Below are positions 56,467 to 64,000 of a DNA stretch of 64,000 bases, piece after piece. The notes below the pieces were generated by a model. That model was given only the letters and a program-made list of their open reading frames with translations. It searched no databases and was not told the origin of the DNA. This DNA comes from Spirochaetia bacterium (GTDB lineage Bacteria > Spirochaetota > Spirochaetia > CAKZLE01). Made by a program: the position numbers and the translations under genes. The stretch covers positions 2,048,001-2,112,000 of the forward strand of contig OY782041.1 of NCBI GenBank assembly GCA_963677595.1, read 5' to 3'. How positions within the stretch are numbered: position 1 is the first letter of the stretch; each line of letters starts with the position of its first letter.

Positions 56467-57450
56467 TTAGAATACGATATTGAATATCCAGCCGGCACAG
56501 GTGAAGAAGACGAGCAGCATGAAGAAGAAGATCAGCAGCAGCTTCGGTTTCATGACCTGTTTGAGCAGGACGAATTCCGGGAAACTCGCCGCCACGGTGC
56601 TCATCATGAGGGCGAGGGTAGTCCCTACAGGGAGTCCCTTGAGCAGCAGCGACTCGGCGACCGGGATCATCCCCGTCGCGTTGGAGTAGAGCGGGATCCC
56701 GACGAGGACCGCCGCGGGGACCGACCACCACTGGCCGCTCCCAAGATTGTCGGTGATGAAGGACTCAGGTACGAACCCGTGGAGGGCGGCCCCGAGGCCG
56801 ACCCCGATCAGCACCCACTTCCAGACCCTGCCGAAGATGGTCTTCACCTCCTGCAGCGCGAAGCTGTGGCGGTCCTTCAGGGTCAGGCGGACCTTCTCGG
56901 TGTTGAAGTCCCCATCGCTCATGCCTGCTGCCATGGCAGTCGCCTGGTTCCCGAGGTCGGTGAGGTGCTTCTCAGCGCCGATGGCATCTAGGAAGATACC
57001 GCCGATGATCCCGGCAGCCATGCCCGTCAGGACATAGATGACCGTGAACTTCACCCCGAGCAGGCCCCCGAGCAGGGCGATCGCGACCTCGTTGATCATC
57101 GGAGAGGTGATCAGGAAGGACATCGTGATCCCCAAGGGGATCCGTGCCGAGGTGAACCCGAGGAAGAGCGGGATACTCGAGCAGGAGCAGAACGGGGTCA
57201 CCACCCCGAAGAGGGATGCGATGAGATACCCGAACCCCCGGGATTTCCCCTGGAGGAAGGAACGTACCTTCTCCGTATCGAGACCGGCCCGCAGGATTGC
57301 GATGAGGTAGATCATGACGACTACCAGCACGTAGATCTTAGATACGTCCTCGATGAAGAAGTGGACTGAGTGCCCCAGTGAGGATTCCGGGGCAAGCCCG
57401 ATCACCCGGTATGTCAGCCAGTCTGCAAGGTCGGTGAATATCTTGAGCAT
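56467..57450 (-). CDS. arsP: ArsP-family (DUF318) permease
   Basis: TPFCSCSSIP, SPMINE, GIPLYSNA; located in an ars operon. Confidence 0.85.
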   Translation of the reverse strand: MLKIFTDLADWLTYRVIGLAPESSLGHSVHFFIEDVSKIYVLVVVMIYLIAILRAGLDTEKVRSFLQGKSRGFGYLIASLFGVVTPFCSCSSIPLFLGFTSARIPLGITMSFLITSPMINEVAIALLGGLLGVKFTVIYVLTGMAAGIIGGIFLDAIGAEKHLTDLGNQATAMAAGMSDGDFNTEKVRLTLKDRHSFALQEVKTIFGRVWKWVLIGVGLGAALHGFVPESFITDNLGSGQWWSVPAAVLVGIPLYSNATGMIPVAESLLLKGLPVGTTLALMMSTVAASFPEFVLLKQVMKPKLLLIFFFMLLVFFTCAGWIFNIVF

Positions 57451-57454
57451 GATG

Positions 57455-57883
57455 CTATGCCCGTTCTTCCAGGGATTCGGGGATGGTCATGATGAAGTCC
57501 CTGATCTGGTCACGAACTTCCCGGTAGCAGTTTAGTTTGTTCTCCTCACCCTCGACGGCTTCTGCCATCTTCGGCGGGTCCTGGAACCCGACATGGACCA
57601 CCTTGCTCTTCCCGAGGTAGACCGGGCAGTTCTCATGGGCATGACCGCATACGGTAACGACATAGTCGAAGACCACATCCTTATATACAGTAGCATTCTC
57701 CGACTTGTGGTTCGATATATCGACACCGGCCTCAGCCATGACCTTCACGGCGTTCGGGTTGAGCCCATGGGTCTCGATGCCTGCGGAATAGGCCTCGAGG
57801 ATGTCCCCCTTGAGGGCCCTCGCCCAGCCTTCAGCCATCTGGGACCTGCAGGAATTACCGGTGCAGAGAAAGAGAATCTTCAT
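57455..57883 (-). CDS. arsC: Arsenate reductase (LMW-PTP, thioredoxin-coupled)
   Basis: LCTGNSCRSQMAEG, VCGHAHENCP, FQDPP. Confidence 0.93.
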   Translation of the reverse strand: MKILFLCTGNSCRSQMAEGWARALKGDILEAYSAGIETHGLNPNAVKVMAEAGVDISNHKSENATVYKDVVFDYVVTVCGHAHENCPVYLGKSKVVHVGFQDPPKMAEAVEGEENKLNCYREVRDQIRDFIMTIPESLEERA

Positions 57884-57897
57884 GATCAATACTCCTC

Positions 57898-57923
57898 TAT
57901 ATTTCTATATATAGCGAAATATA
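57898..57923. promoter_or_regulatory. Candidate ArsR operator
   Basis: TATATTTC-N10-GAAATATA between divergent arsC and arsR. Confidence 0.65.
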
Positions 57924-57998
57924 ATATTTAACTCTTGCTTTGTCAACTCCAAATGACTATAGTATATGAGTAGACCATGAGAATTGAGGTAATAAACC

Positions 57999-58346
57999 AT
58001 GAAAGAGACGACACAGATGATGAAGGCCTTAGGGGATGAGAACCGGTTCAGGATCTTCATGCTCGTAGGGGAGAAGCCCATGTGCGTCTGTGAGCTGCTC
58101 GAGATCCTCGATATAGCGGGGTCGACCCTCTCGGCACACCTGAAGGTGCTCAAGAATGCCGGACTCGTGGACCAGAAGAAGGACGGCAGGTGGATCGAAT
58201 ACTTCCTCAACAGCGCCGATGAGCGGGTAGCCAGGCTCTATGAATTCCTAAACACAGATCTGATCACCGATACCGTCCTGCTCGATGCAGACCGTAAGAA
58301 AGCCGCAGGCACCACCCGGGATGCCTGCTGTTCCGTCAAGCTCTGA
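57999..58346 (+). CDS. arsR: ArsR/SmtB family repressor
   Basis: KALGDENRFRI, MCVCEL, TLSAHLKVLKNAGLV; C-terminal ACC. Confidence 0.9.
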   Translation: MKETTQMMKALGDENRFRIFMLVGEKPMCVCELLEILDIAGSTLSAHLKVLKNAGLVDQKKDGRWIEYFLNSADERVARLYEFLNTDLITDTVLLDADRKKAAGTTRDACCSVKL

Positions 58347-58362
58347 TTCCTCCCATACATAC

Positions 58363-59772
58363 TCATCTTGGCAGCAGGTCGGTGATCGACCCATCGACGA
58401 TCTCACTGCCCAGGGCGAAGGTCTCGCTCAGGGTGGGGTGGGGGTGGATCGTCTGTGCGATGTCCTCGGCTGCCGCACCCATCTCGATGGCAAGTGCCGC
58501 CTCGGCGATGAGTTCGCCGGCATGGAGGCCGGTGATGCCGGCCCCGATGAGCCTGCCGGTCTCGGTACTGAAGAGGAGCTTGCTTACCCCTGCAGGTGCC
58601 TGTTCGCTCAGTGCCCGGCCGCTTGCCTGCCAGGGGAAGGATCCCTTCTCGTAGGCGATACCCCCCTCTTTCAGCTCGTTCTCCGTCATGCCGACCCAGG
58701 CGATCTCCGGTGAGGTATAGGCGACCGAGGGGATAGCCAGCGGGGTAAAAGCGCTCTTCCTGCCGCTGGCAGCCTCGGCTGCACATTTGCCCTGGTGGAC
58801 CGCCTTGTGGGCGAGCATCGGGTTCCCCGTGACATCCCCGATGGCGTAGATATGGTCGACCGTGCTCCTCATCGCCGTATCAGTCGGGATGATCCCTCCG
58901 GGTGATAGGGTAATGCCGGTATGTTCGATCCCGATCGAATCGGTGTTCGGCTTCCTCCCGACTGCCACCAGGACCGCATCAGCCTCCACCGAGGCGGGGG
59001 CCTTCTTCCCCTCCAGCTGTACGGTCAGGGCCTTCTCCCCCGCCTCGATGCCTGTCAGCTTCGTGGAGGTGTAGATCGCCGCATACTTCTTCCGTGCCGC
59101 AGAGAGAAGCGGCTGCTTGAGGTCCCGGTCAGCCGGGGGGATGAGCTCTTTCATCATCTCGACGATGATGATCTCTGAGCCGAGGCCGTGATAGATCTCC
59201 GCGGCCTCCATGCCGATGATCCCGCCCCCGATGATCACGAGGTGTTTCGGGATCTCCTTCAGCGCGAGCGCGTCGGTGGAGTCCCAGATGCGCGGGTCTT
59301 CTGCCCGTATGCCGGGTATCTGCACCGGCCGTGAACCGGTCGCGATGATGATATCATCGAACTCGATCTCCAGTTCTTTGTTCCCGGTCTTCACCAGCAG
59401 TGACCGTTCGGAGAGGAATGATCCGTATCCCTCGAGCCGCTCCACCGAGCGTGCTTTACACAGGTCATCGAGACCCGAGGTGAGGGTGTCGATGATCCCC
59501 TCCTTGTGGGCCTTTAGCTGCTGCAGGTCGACTGAGACATTCCCGAAGGTGACGCCGGCAGCCCTGAGCCGCTCGGTCTCCTCGAGGACCCCGGTCACAT
59601 GGAGCAGCGTCTTCGAGGGGATGCACCCGACATTGAGGCATACCCCGCCGAGAACCGCATCCTTCTCGACCAGGGTTACGCTCCTTCCCAGGTCAGCAGC
59701 CCGGAAGGCTGCGCTGTAGCCGCCGGGGCCCCCGCCGAGGACGACCAGGTCCCGTTCCAGCTTCTCTCTCAT
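58363..59772 (-). CDS. lpdA: Dihydrolipoyl dehydrogenase (E3 of pyruvate dehydrogenase)
   Basis: GGGPGGYSAAFRAADLG, GGVCLNVGCIPSK, HPHPTLSE. Confidence 0.93.
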   Translation of the reverse strand: MREKLERDLVVLGGGPGGYSAAFRAADLGRSVTLVEKDAVLGGVCLNVGCIPSKTLLHVTGVLEETERLRAAGVTFGNVSVDLQQLKAHKEGIIDTLTSGLDDLCKARSVERLEGYGSFLSERSLLVKTGNKELEIEFDDIIIATGSRPVQIPGIRAEDPRIWDSTDALALKEIPKHLVIIGGGIIGMEAAEIYHGLGSEIIIVEMMKELIPPADRDLKQPLLSAARKKYAAIYTSTKLTGIEAGEKALTVQLEGKKAPASVEADAVLVAVGRKPNTDSIGIEHTGITLSPGGIIPTDTAMRSTVDHIYAIGDVTGNPMLAHKAVHQGKCAAEAASGRKSAFTPLAIPSVAYTSPEIAWVGMTENELKEGGIAYEKGSFPWQASGRALSEQAPAGVSKLLFSTETGRLIGAGITGLHAGELIAEAALAIEMGAAAEDIAQTIHPHPTLSETFALGSEIVDGSITDLLPR

Positions 59773-60914
59773 AGCAGTACCCTCCTGATGTCATGCAGGT
59801 AGCGGGACAGGTCCCGCGTGAACCTGGCTCCCTCTGCCCCGTCGATGACCCGGTGGTCATAGGAGACGGAGAAGGGGAGGGTATCACCCGGCTTGAAGGT
59901 CTCGCCGTCCCAGATGGGGCTCTTCTTCATCCGTGCGATGCCGAGGATAGCGGTCTGCGGGGCATTGATGATCGGGGTGAACCCCGTCCCGCTGATGCCG
60001 CCGAGGCTTGAGATGCTGAAGGTCCCGCCGGTGATGTCAGCCGGCCTGAGTTTACCGGCACGTGCCCGTTCGCTGAGCTCGAAGAGTTCTTCAGCAAGCG
60101 TGAAGAGACTCTTCTTCTCCGCATCATGGATGACCGGCACGACCAGGCCCTCCGGGGTGTCGACCGCGATCCCGATATGGAATTGCCGCTTGAGGAGGAT
60201 CTCATTGCTCTCCTCGTCGAGCTCCGCGTTGAAGAGCGGGTGCTGCTGCAGGGCGGCTGTCACTGCCCTGATGATGAACGGCAGCAGGGAGAGCTTCCCC
60301 GGCCCGGTGTACTCGGATCTAAGTTCCTTCCTGAAGGACTCGAGGTCGGTGACATCAGCCTCGTCGAATTGGGTGACATGGGGGATGCGCTGCCAGCTGT
60401 CGGTGAGGTGGGGACCTGAGAGACGCTGGATCCGTGAGAGGGGTATGCGCTCACTCTCAGAAGCTGGTTCCTCCCGCTTCGTCTGTACGGGTTCCAGGTC
60501 CTCCCTGCGTATCCTCCCGTGAGGGCCGGTGGGTACCACCTGCGAAAGGTCTATCCCCTGTTCCCGGGCATACTGCCTGACAGACGGGGTCGCATGGTAG
60601 GCGGTGAGCAGCGGGGAAGGTGCGACTGCAGATGCTGCAGTCTCGGCTTCCTGCTTTTTTGGGACAACTTCTGCTTCTGCCGTCTCGATCTCTGCGATCG
60701 GTGTGCCTGCCGATACCAGGTCCCCCTCCGATACGAGGAGTTTCGTAACCGTGCCGGCTGAAGTGGACGGGATGTCCGTGACTGCCTTTGCGCTCTCGAG
60801 GGAGAGCAGCGGGGTCTCAAGCTCTATACGCTGTCCCGCCTTGATATAGACATCGAGTACCGGGACATCGGTGTAATCCCCGATATCGGGGATGGTCAGG
60901 ATCTGTGTTGCCAT
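59769..60914 (-). CDS. aceF: Pyruvate dehydrogenase E2, dihydrolipoamide acetyltransferase
   Basis: Single lipoyl domain (ESAKA), HATPSVR, IPHVTQFDEAD, SYDHRVIDGA. Confidence 0.9.
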   Translation of the reverse strand: MATQILTIPDIGDYTDVPVLDVYIKAGQRIELETPLLSLESAKAVTDIPSTSAGTVTKLLVSEGDLVSAGTPIAEIETAEAEVVPKKQEAETAASAVAPSPLLTAYHATPSVRQYAREQGIDLSQVVPTGPHGRIRREDLEPVQTKREEPASESERIPLSRIQRLSGPHLTDSWQRIPHVTQFDEADVTDLESFRKELRSEYTGPGKLSLLPFIIRAVTAALQQHPLFNAELDEESNEILLKRQFHIGIAVDTPEGLVVPVIHDAEKKSLFTLAEELFELSERARAGKLRPADITGGTFSISSLGGISGTGFTPIINAPQTAILGIARMKKSPIWDGETFKPGDTLPFSVSYDHRVIDGAEGARFTRDLSRYLHDIRRVLL

Positions 60915-60929
60915 GATTCGTCTCCTCCT

Positions 60930-63602
60930 TCAGCTGATACGCGGATTGGGTTTGTCCGCATCGAGGCCGTAGCGACTGATCGCCTCGCTCACGATGGAAG
61001 CCTCGATCGCTCCTTCGTCGGCCAGCCCCTTGAGGGCGGCGACGGCGATGTAATACCGGTCGACCTCGAAGAAGCTCCGCAAGGCTGCCCGGCTGTCGCT
61101 CCTGCCGAACCCATCGGTCCCGAGGACGGTGACGTGCTTGTTCGGGAGGAGCCGCCTGACCTGTTCCGGGTAGGAGCGCAGGTAGTCGGTGCTGATCACG
61201 ACAGGGCCTGTGTGGCCTTCGAGCTGTCTCGTCAAATACGGGACCTGCTGTTCTGTTTCAGGGTGCAGCATGTTGTACCGTTCACATTCCGTCCCCTCCC
61301 GGTGGAGCTGGTTGATCCCCGGGAGGCTCCAGATATCAGCGCCGATCCCGTGATCCCTCTCCAGGAGCTCCGCGGCTGCGATGACCTCCCGGAGGATCGT
61401 CCCGCTTCCCATGAGCTGGACCTTCTTCCCTGCTCCCTGCGGTGCAGCCCTGAAGAGGTAGCCGCCTTTGCGGATCCCTTCCTCTGCGCCCTCCGGCATC
61501 TCTGGTTGGGCATAGTTCTCATTCATCAGGGTGATGTAGTAGAAGATGTCCTCGTTATCATGATACATCCTCCTCATCCCGTCCTGGATGATGACGGCAA
61601 GCTCATAGGAGAAGCTCGGGTCATATGCCTGGCAGGTCGGGTGGGTGGCCGCGATGAGCAGGCCGTGCCCGTCCTGGTGCTGCAGGCCCTCCCCGTTGAG
61701 GGTCGTTCTCCCCGCGGTGGCACCCATGAGGAAGCCTCGTGCCCTGCTGTCCCCGGCAGCCCAGACGAAATCATCGATCCGCTGGAACCCGAACATGGAG
61801 TAGAAGGTGTAGAAGGGGATCATTGCCTTCCCGTGGTTCGCGTAGGAGGTAGCTGCGGCTATCCAGGAGGAGACGGCCCCTGCCTCGGTGATCCCCTCCT
61901 CGAGGATCTGGCCCTTCTCGTCCTCGCGGTACCACATGAGCGATTTCGCGTCCTGCGGTTCATAGAGCTGCCCGGTCGGGGCATAGATCCCCACCTGGCG
62001 GAAGAGGCCCTCCATCCCGAAGGTCCGTGCCTCATCGGGAACGATCGGTACGATCCGCTCACCAATCCCGGGGTCTTTCAAGAGCTTCCCTAGAAGCCGC
62101 ACGAAGGCCATGGTCGTCGAGAGCTCACGGTCACCTGATGAGGTGAGTAGGCTCGAGAACTCCTCCAGCGGAGGTACAGGCAGCTGCTCTGCTGCCGGAT
62201 CCCGGTAGGGGACCGGTCCCCCGAGGGCCTTTCGCTGCCTCACGATGAATTCGTGTTCCTTCGACCCCTCAGGCGGCCTGATGAAGGGGAGCCCCTCGAG
62301 CTCGTCATCGGCGAGGGGGACATGGTAGCGGTCCCTGAAAGCCTTGAGTGAATCAAGGTCCATCGTTTTCTGGTTGTGGGTCCCCATCGCAGCTTCCCCG
62401 ACGGTGCCCATGCCGTAGCCCTTGACGGTCTTCACGAGGATGACCGTCGGGGTGCCTGTGTGCTTCACGGCCTCGCTGAAGGCGGCATAGACCTTCCTCG
62501 GGTCGTGCCCGCCCCTGGTCATCTGCCAGAGTTCCTTGTCGCTCTTGTCCGCGACGAGGGACTGCAGGTAGGGATCATCCCCGAAGAGTTTCTCCCGCAG
62601 GTATGCCGGTCCCTTCGACCTGATCGTCTGGAACTCCCCGTCGACCATGGAGGCGAACCTGTTCAGCAGGACCCCTTTCGTATCACGCTTGAGGATCTCA
62701 TCCCATTCGGTACCCCAGATGACCTTGATCACGTGCCATCCGGCACCGGTGAACTTGCCTTCCAGCTCCTGGATGATCTTGCCGTTCCCCCGTACCGGCC
62801 CGTCAAGCCGCTGCAGGTTGCAGTTCACGACACAGATGAGATTGTCCAGGTGCTCCCTCGCTGCCAGCGAGAGGGCTCCGAGGGATTCGGGTTCATCCGA
62901 CTCCCCGTCCCCCATGAAGATCCAGACCTTCCGATCACCGTTCTCCCTGATCCCGCGGGATTCCAGGTACTTCATGAACCTCGCCTGGTAGATCGCCATA
63001 TGGGGACCGAGCCCCATGGAGACGGTGGGGAACTGCCAGAAGTCGGGCATGAGCCAGGGGTGGGGGTAGGAGGAGAGCCCCTCTCCGGCTGTCTCGACCC
63101 TGAAGTGCTCGAGCTGCTTCTCTGTAAGACGCCCCTCGACGAAGGCCCGGGCATACATGCCGGGTGCCGAATGGCCCTGGAAGAAGATGAGGTCCTGCCC
63201 GTACCTCGCTTCCGGTCCGCGGAAGAACCAGTCGAAGCCGACCTCATAGAGGGCGGAGGCTGAAGAGAAGCTCGCGATATGGCCCCCGAGGCCTTTCCCG
63301 TCCTTGTTCGCCCTCGCGACCATGGCCATGGCATCCCATCTGACATAGGCTGCCACATCCCTGGCAGTGAGGGAATCTTCTTTCGGTATGGTATCGGATG
63401 TATCCGGATCGAGTGTGTTGGCGTAGGGGGTGATCACCCCGGGGGTGGTCTCCACCCCTGCTGACCGTGCGGTATCGGTCAGCTCTCTCAGCAGGTAGTC
63501 TGCCTTCTGTGAACCTTCGTGTGTGATGACACCCTTCAGGGACTCTTTCCAGTCCTCGGTCTCCTCGATATCGGTGTCGATAAAGAACTCTCTTTTTTCC
63601 AT
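60930..63602 (-). CDS. aceE: Pyruvate dehydrogenase E1, homodimeric type
   Basis: LGGHIASF, YPHPWLMPDFWQFPTVSMGLG, GDGESDEPES, NLQRLDGPV, GEGLQHQDG. The start could be 63623. Confidence 0.96.
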   Translation of the reverse strand: MEKREFFIDTDIEETEDWKESLKGVITHEGSQKADYLLRELTDTARSAGVETTPGVITPYANTLDPDTSDTIPKEDSLTARDVAAYVRWDAMAMVARANKDGKGLGGHIASFSSASALYEVGFDWFFRGPEARYGQDLIFFQGHSAPGMYARAFVEGRLTEKQLEHFRVETAGEGLSSYPHPWLMPDFWQFPTVSMGLGPHMAIYQARFMKYLESRGIRENGDRKVWIFMGDGESDEPESLGALSLAAREHLDNLICVVNCNLQRLDGPVRGNGKIIQELEGKFTGAGWHVIKVIWGTEWDEILKRDTKGVLLNRFASMVDGEFQTIRSKGPAYLREKLFGDDPYLQSLVADKSDKELWQMTRGGHDPRKVYAAFSEAVKHTGTPTVILVKTVKGYGMGTVGEAAMGTHNQKTMDLDSLKAFRDRYHVPLADDELEGLPFIRPPEGSKEHEFIVRQRKALGGPVPYRDPAAEQLPVPPLEEFSSLLTSSGDRELSTTMAFVRLLGKLLKDPGIGERIVPIVPDEARTFGMEGLFRQVGIYAPTGQLYEPQDAKSLMWYREDEKGQILEEGITEAGAVSSWIAAATSYANHGKAMIPFYTFYSMFGFQRIDDFVWAAGDSRARGFLMGATAGRTTLNGEGLQHQDGHGLLIAATHPTCQAYDPSFSYELAVIIQDGMRRMYHDNEDIFYYITLMNENYAQPEMPEGAEEGIRKGGYLFRAAPQGAGKKVQLMGSGTILREVIAAAELLERDHGIGADIWSLPGINQLHREGTECERYNMLHPETEQQVPYLTRQLEGHTGPVVISTDYLRSYPEQVRRLLPNKHVTVLGTDGFGRSDSRAALRSFFEVDRYYIAVAALKGLADEGAIEASIVSEAISRYGLDADKPNPRIS

Positions 63603-63816
63603 TGGACCCTCTCTTTCGCTCATGGGTATGGCACCCGGTGCAGTGGGACGCGCGGAAGTATGGTGTCTCCCAAATCATTGCTCTTTATATACCTATAACA
63701 TCGTACAGAAACCTCTCCCCGTCAAGGATAAACGTATAAAGCCTTAGTAAAACAGTAAGATATAACCACAGGAACCTACCTTTATTGTTCGGTGTCTTGT
63801 GGTGTATACTCAACCT

Positions 63817-64000
63817 ATGCGGAATATATGTATCCTCCTGATAGCCCTGCTGCTCATCACGCTCCTGGTCACCGGCTGCGTCACCGACCGGTGGGACCCC
63901 GAGAACCCCCTGAACAGGGTGGCCGACCTCCCGGAGGGGGTGACCCCTGCTGCCAAGCAGCTCGATGCAGCCTCCACCTATGCGGTCATGCTCCAGGGCG
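63817..64000 (+). CDS. Hypothetical lipoprotein (runs off the window edge)
   Basis: MRNICILLIALLLITLLVTGC lipobox; frame stays open to the window end. Confidence 0.7.
   Translation, partial: MRNICILLIALLLITLLVTGCVTDRWDPENPLNRVADLPEGVTPAAKQLDAASTYAVMLQG

Noticed and set aside
53578-58346. Selenocysteine recoding in the redox proteins (C-GCAxxG-C-C, thioredoxin-like, ArsC)
   Set aside because: All motif positions are ordinary Cys codons and the ORFs are full length with no in-frame TGA.

Overview
GC-rich bacterial chromosomal segment, most likely from a free-living spirochaete (Spirochaetales/Sphaerochaeta-like). This is inferred from the 'LFAGGAQE'-type signal on the sugar-binding protein and the many lipoproteins. 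I found no rRNA, tRNA, CRISPR array or transposase. In order, the window holds: a YtrA/GntR-ABC operon; a LacI-controlled operon with a rhamnose mutarotase, a UroD/MtaA-family protein and a sugar ABC transporter; two flavodoxin-domain paralogs around an Acr3/BASS-like transporter; a 20-bp palindromic tandem array; an amino-acid-sensing two-component system with a DAACS symporter and a racemase; a DeoR operon joining a fused-E1 2-oxoacid/acetoin-type dehydrogenase complex, a PHP protein, SrlD-like and SorE-like dehydrogenases and rhamnulokinase, next to rhaR/S, rhaA and a class II aldolase; RNase II and an HD protein; a 939-aa acidic lipoprotein; a lamin-tail/CotH kinase operon meeting a VTC polyphosphate polymerase + DUF4956 operon tail-to-tail; feoAAB with a DtxR-family regulator; a clostripain lipoprotein; gdhA; an orphan HicB; an ars cluster; and aceE-aceF-lpdA. 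The two best candidates for undescribed systems are (1) a possible 6-deoxyhexose (rhamnose) pathway that ends in ThDP-dependent oxidative cleavage to acetyl-CoA instead of propanediol, and (2) a VTC/DUF4956/CotH/LTD module that may export polyphosphate and phosphorylate cell-surface targets. All product calls come from motif recognition by eye; no database search was run.
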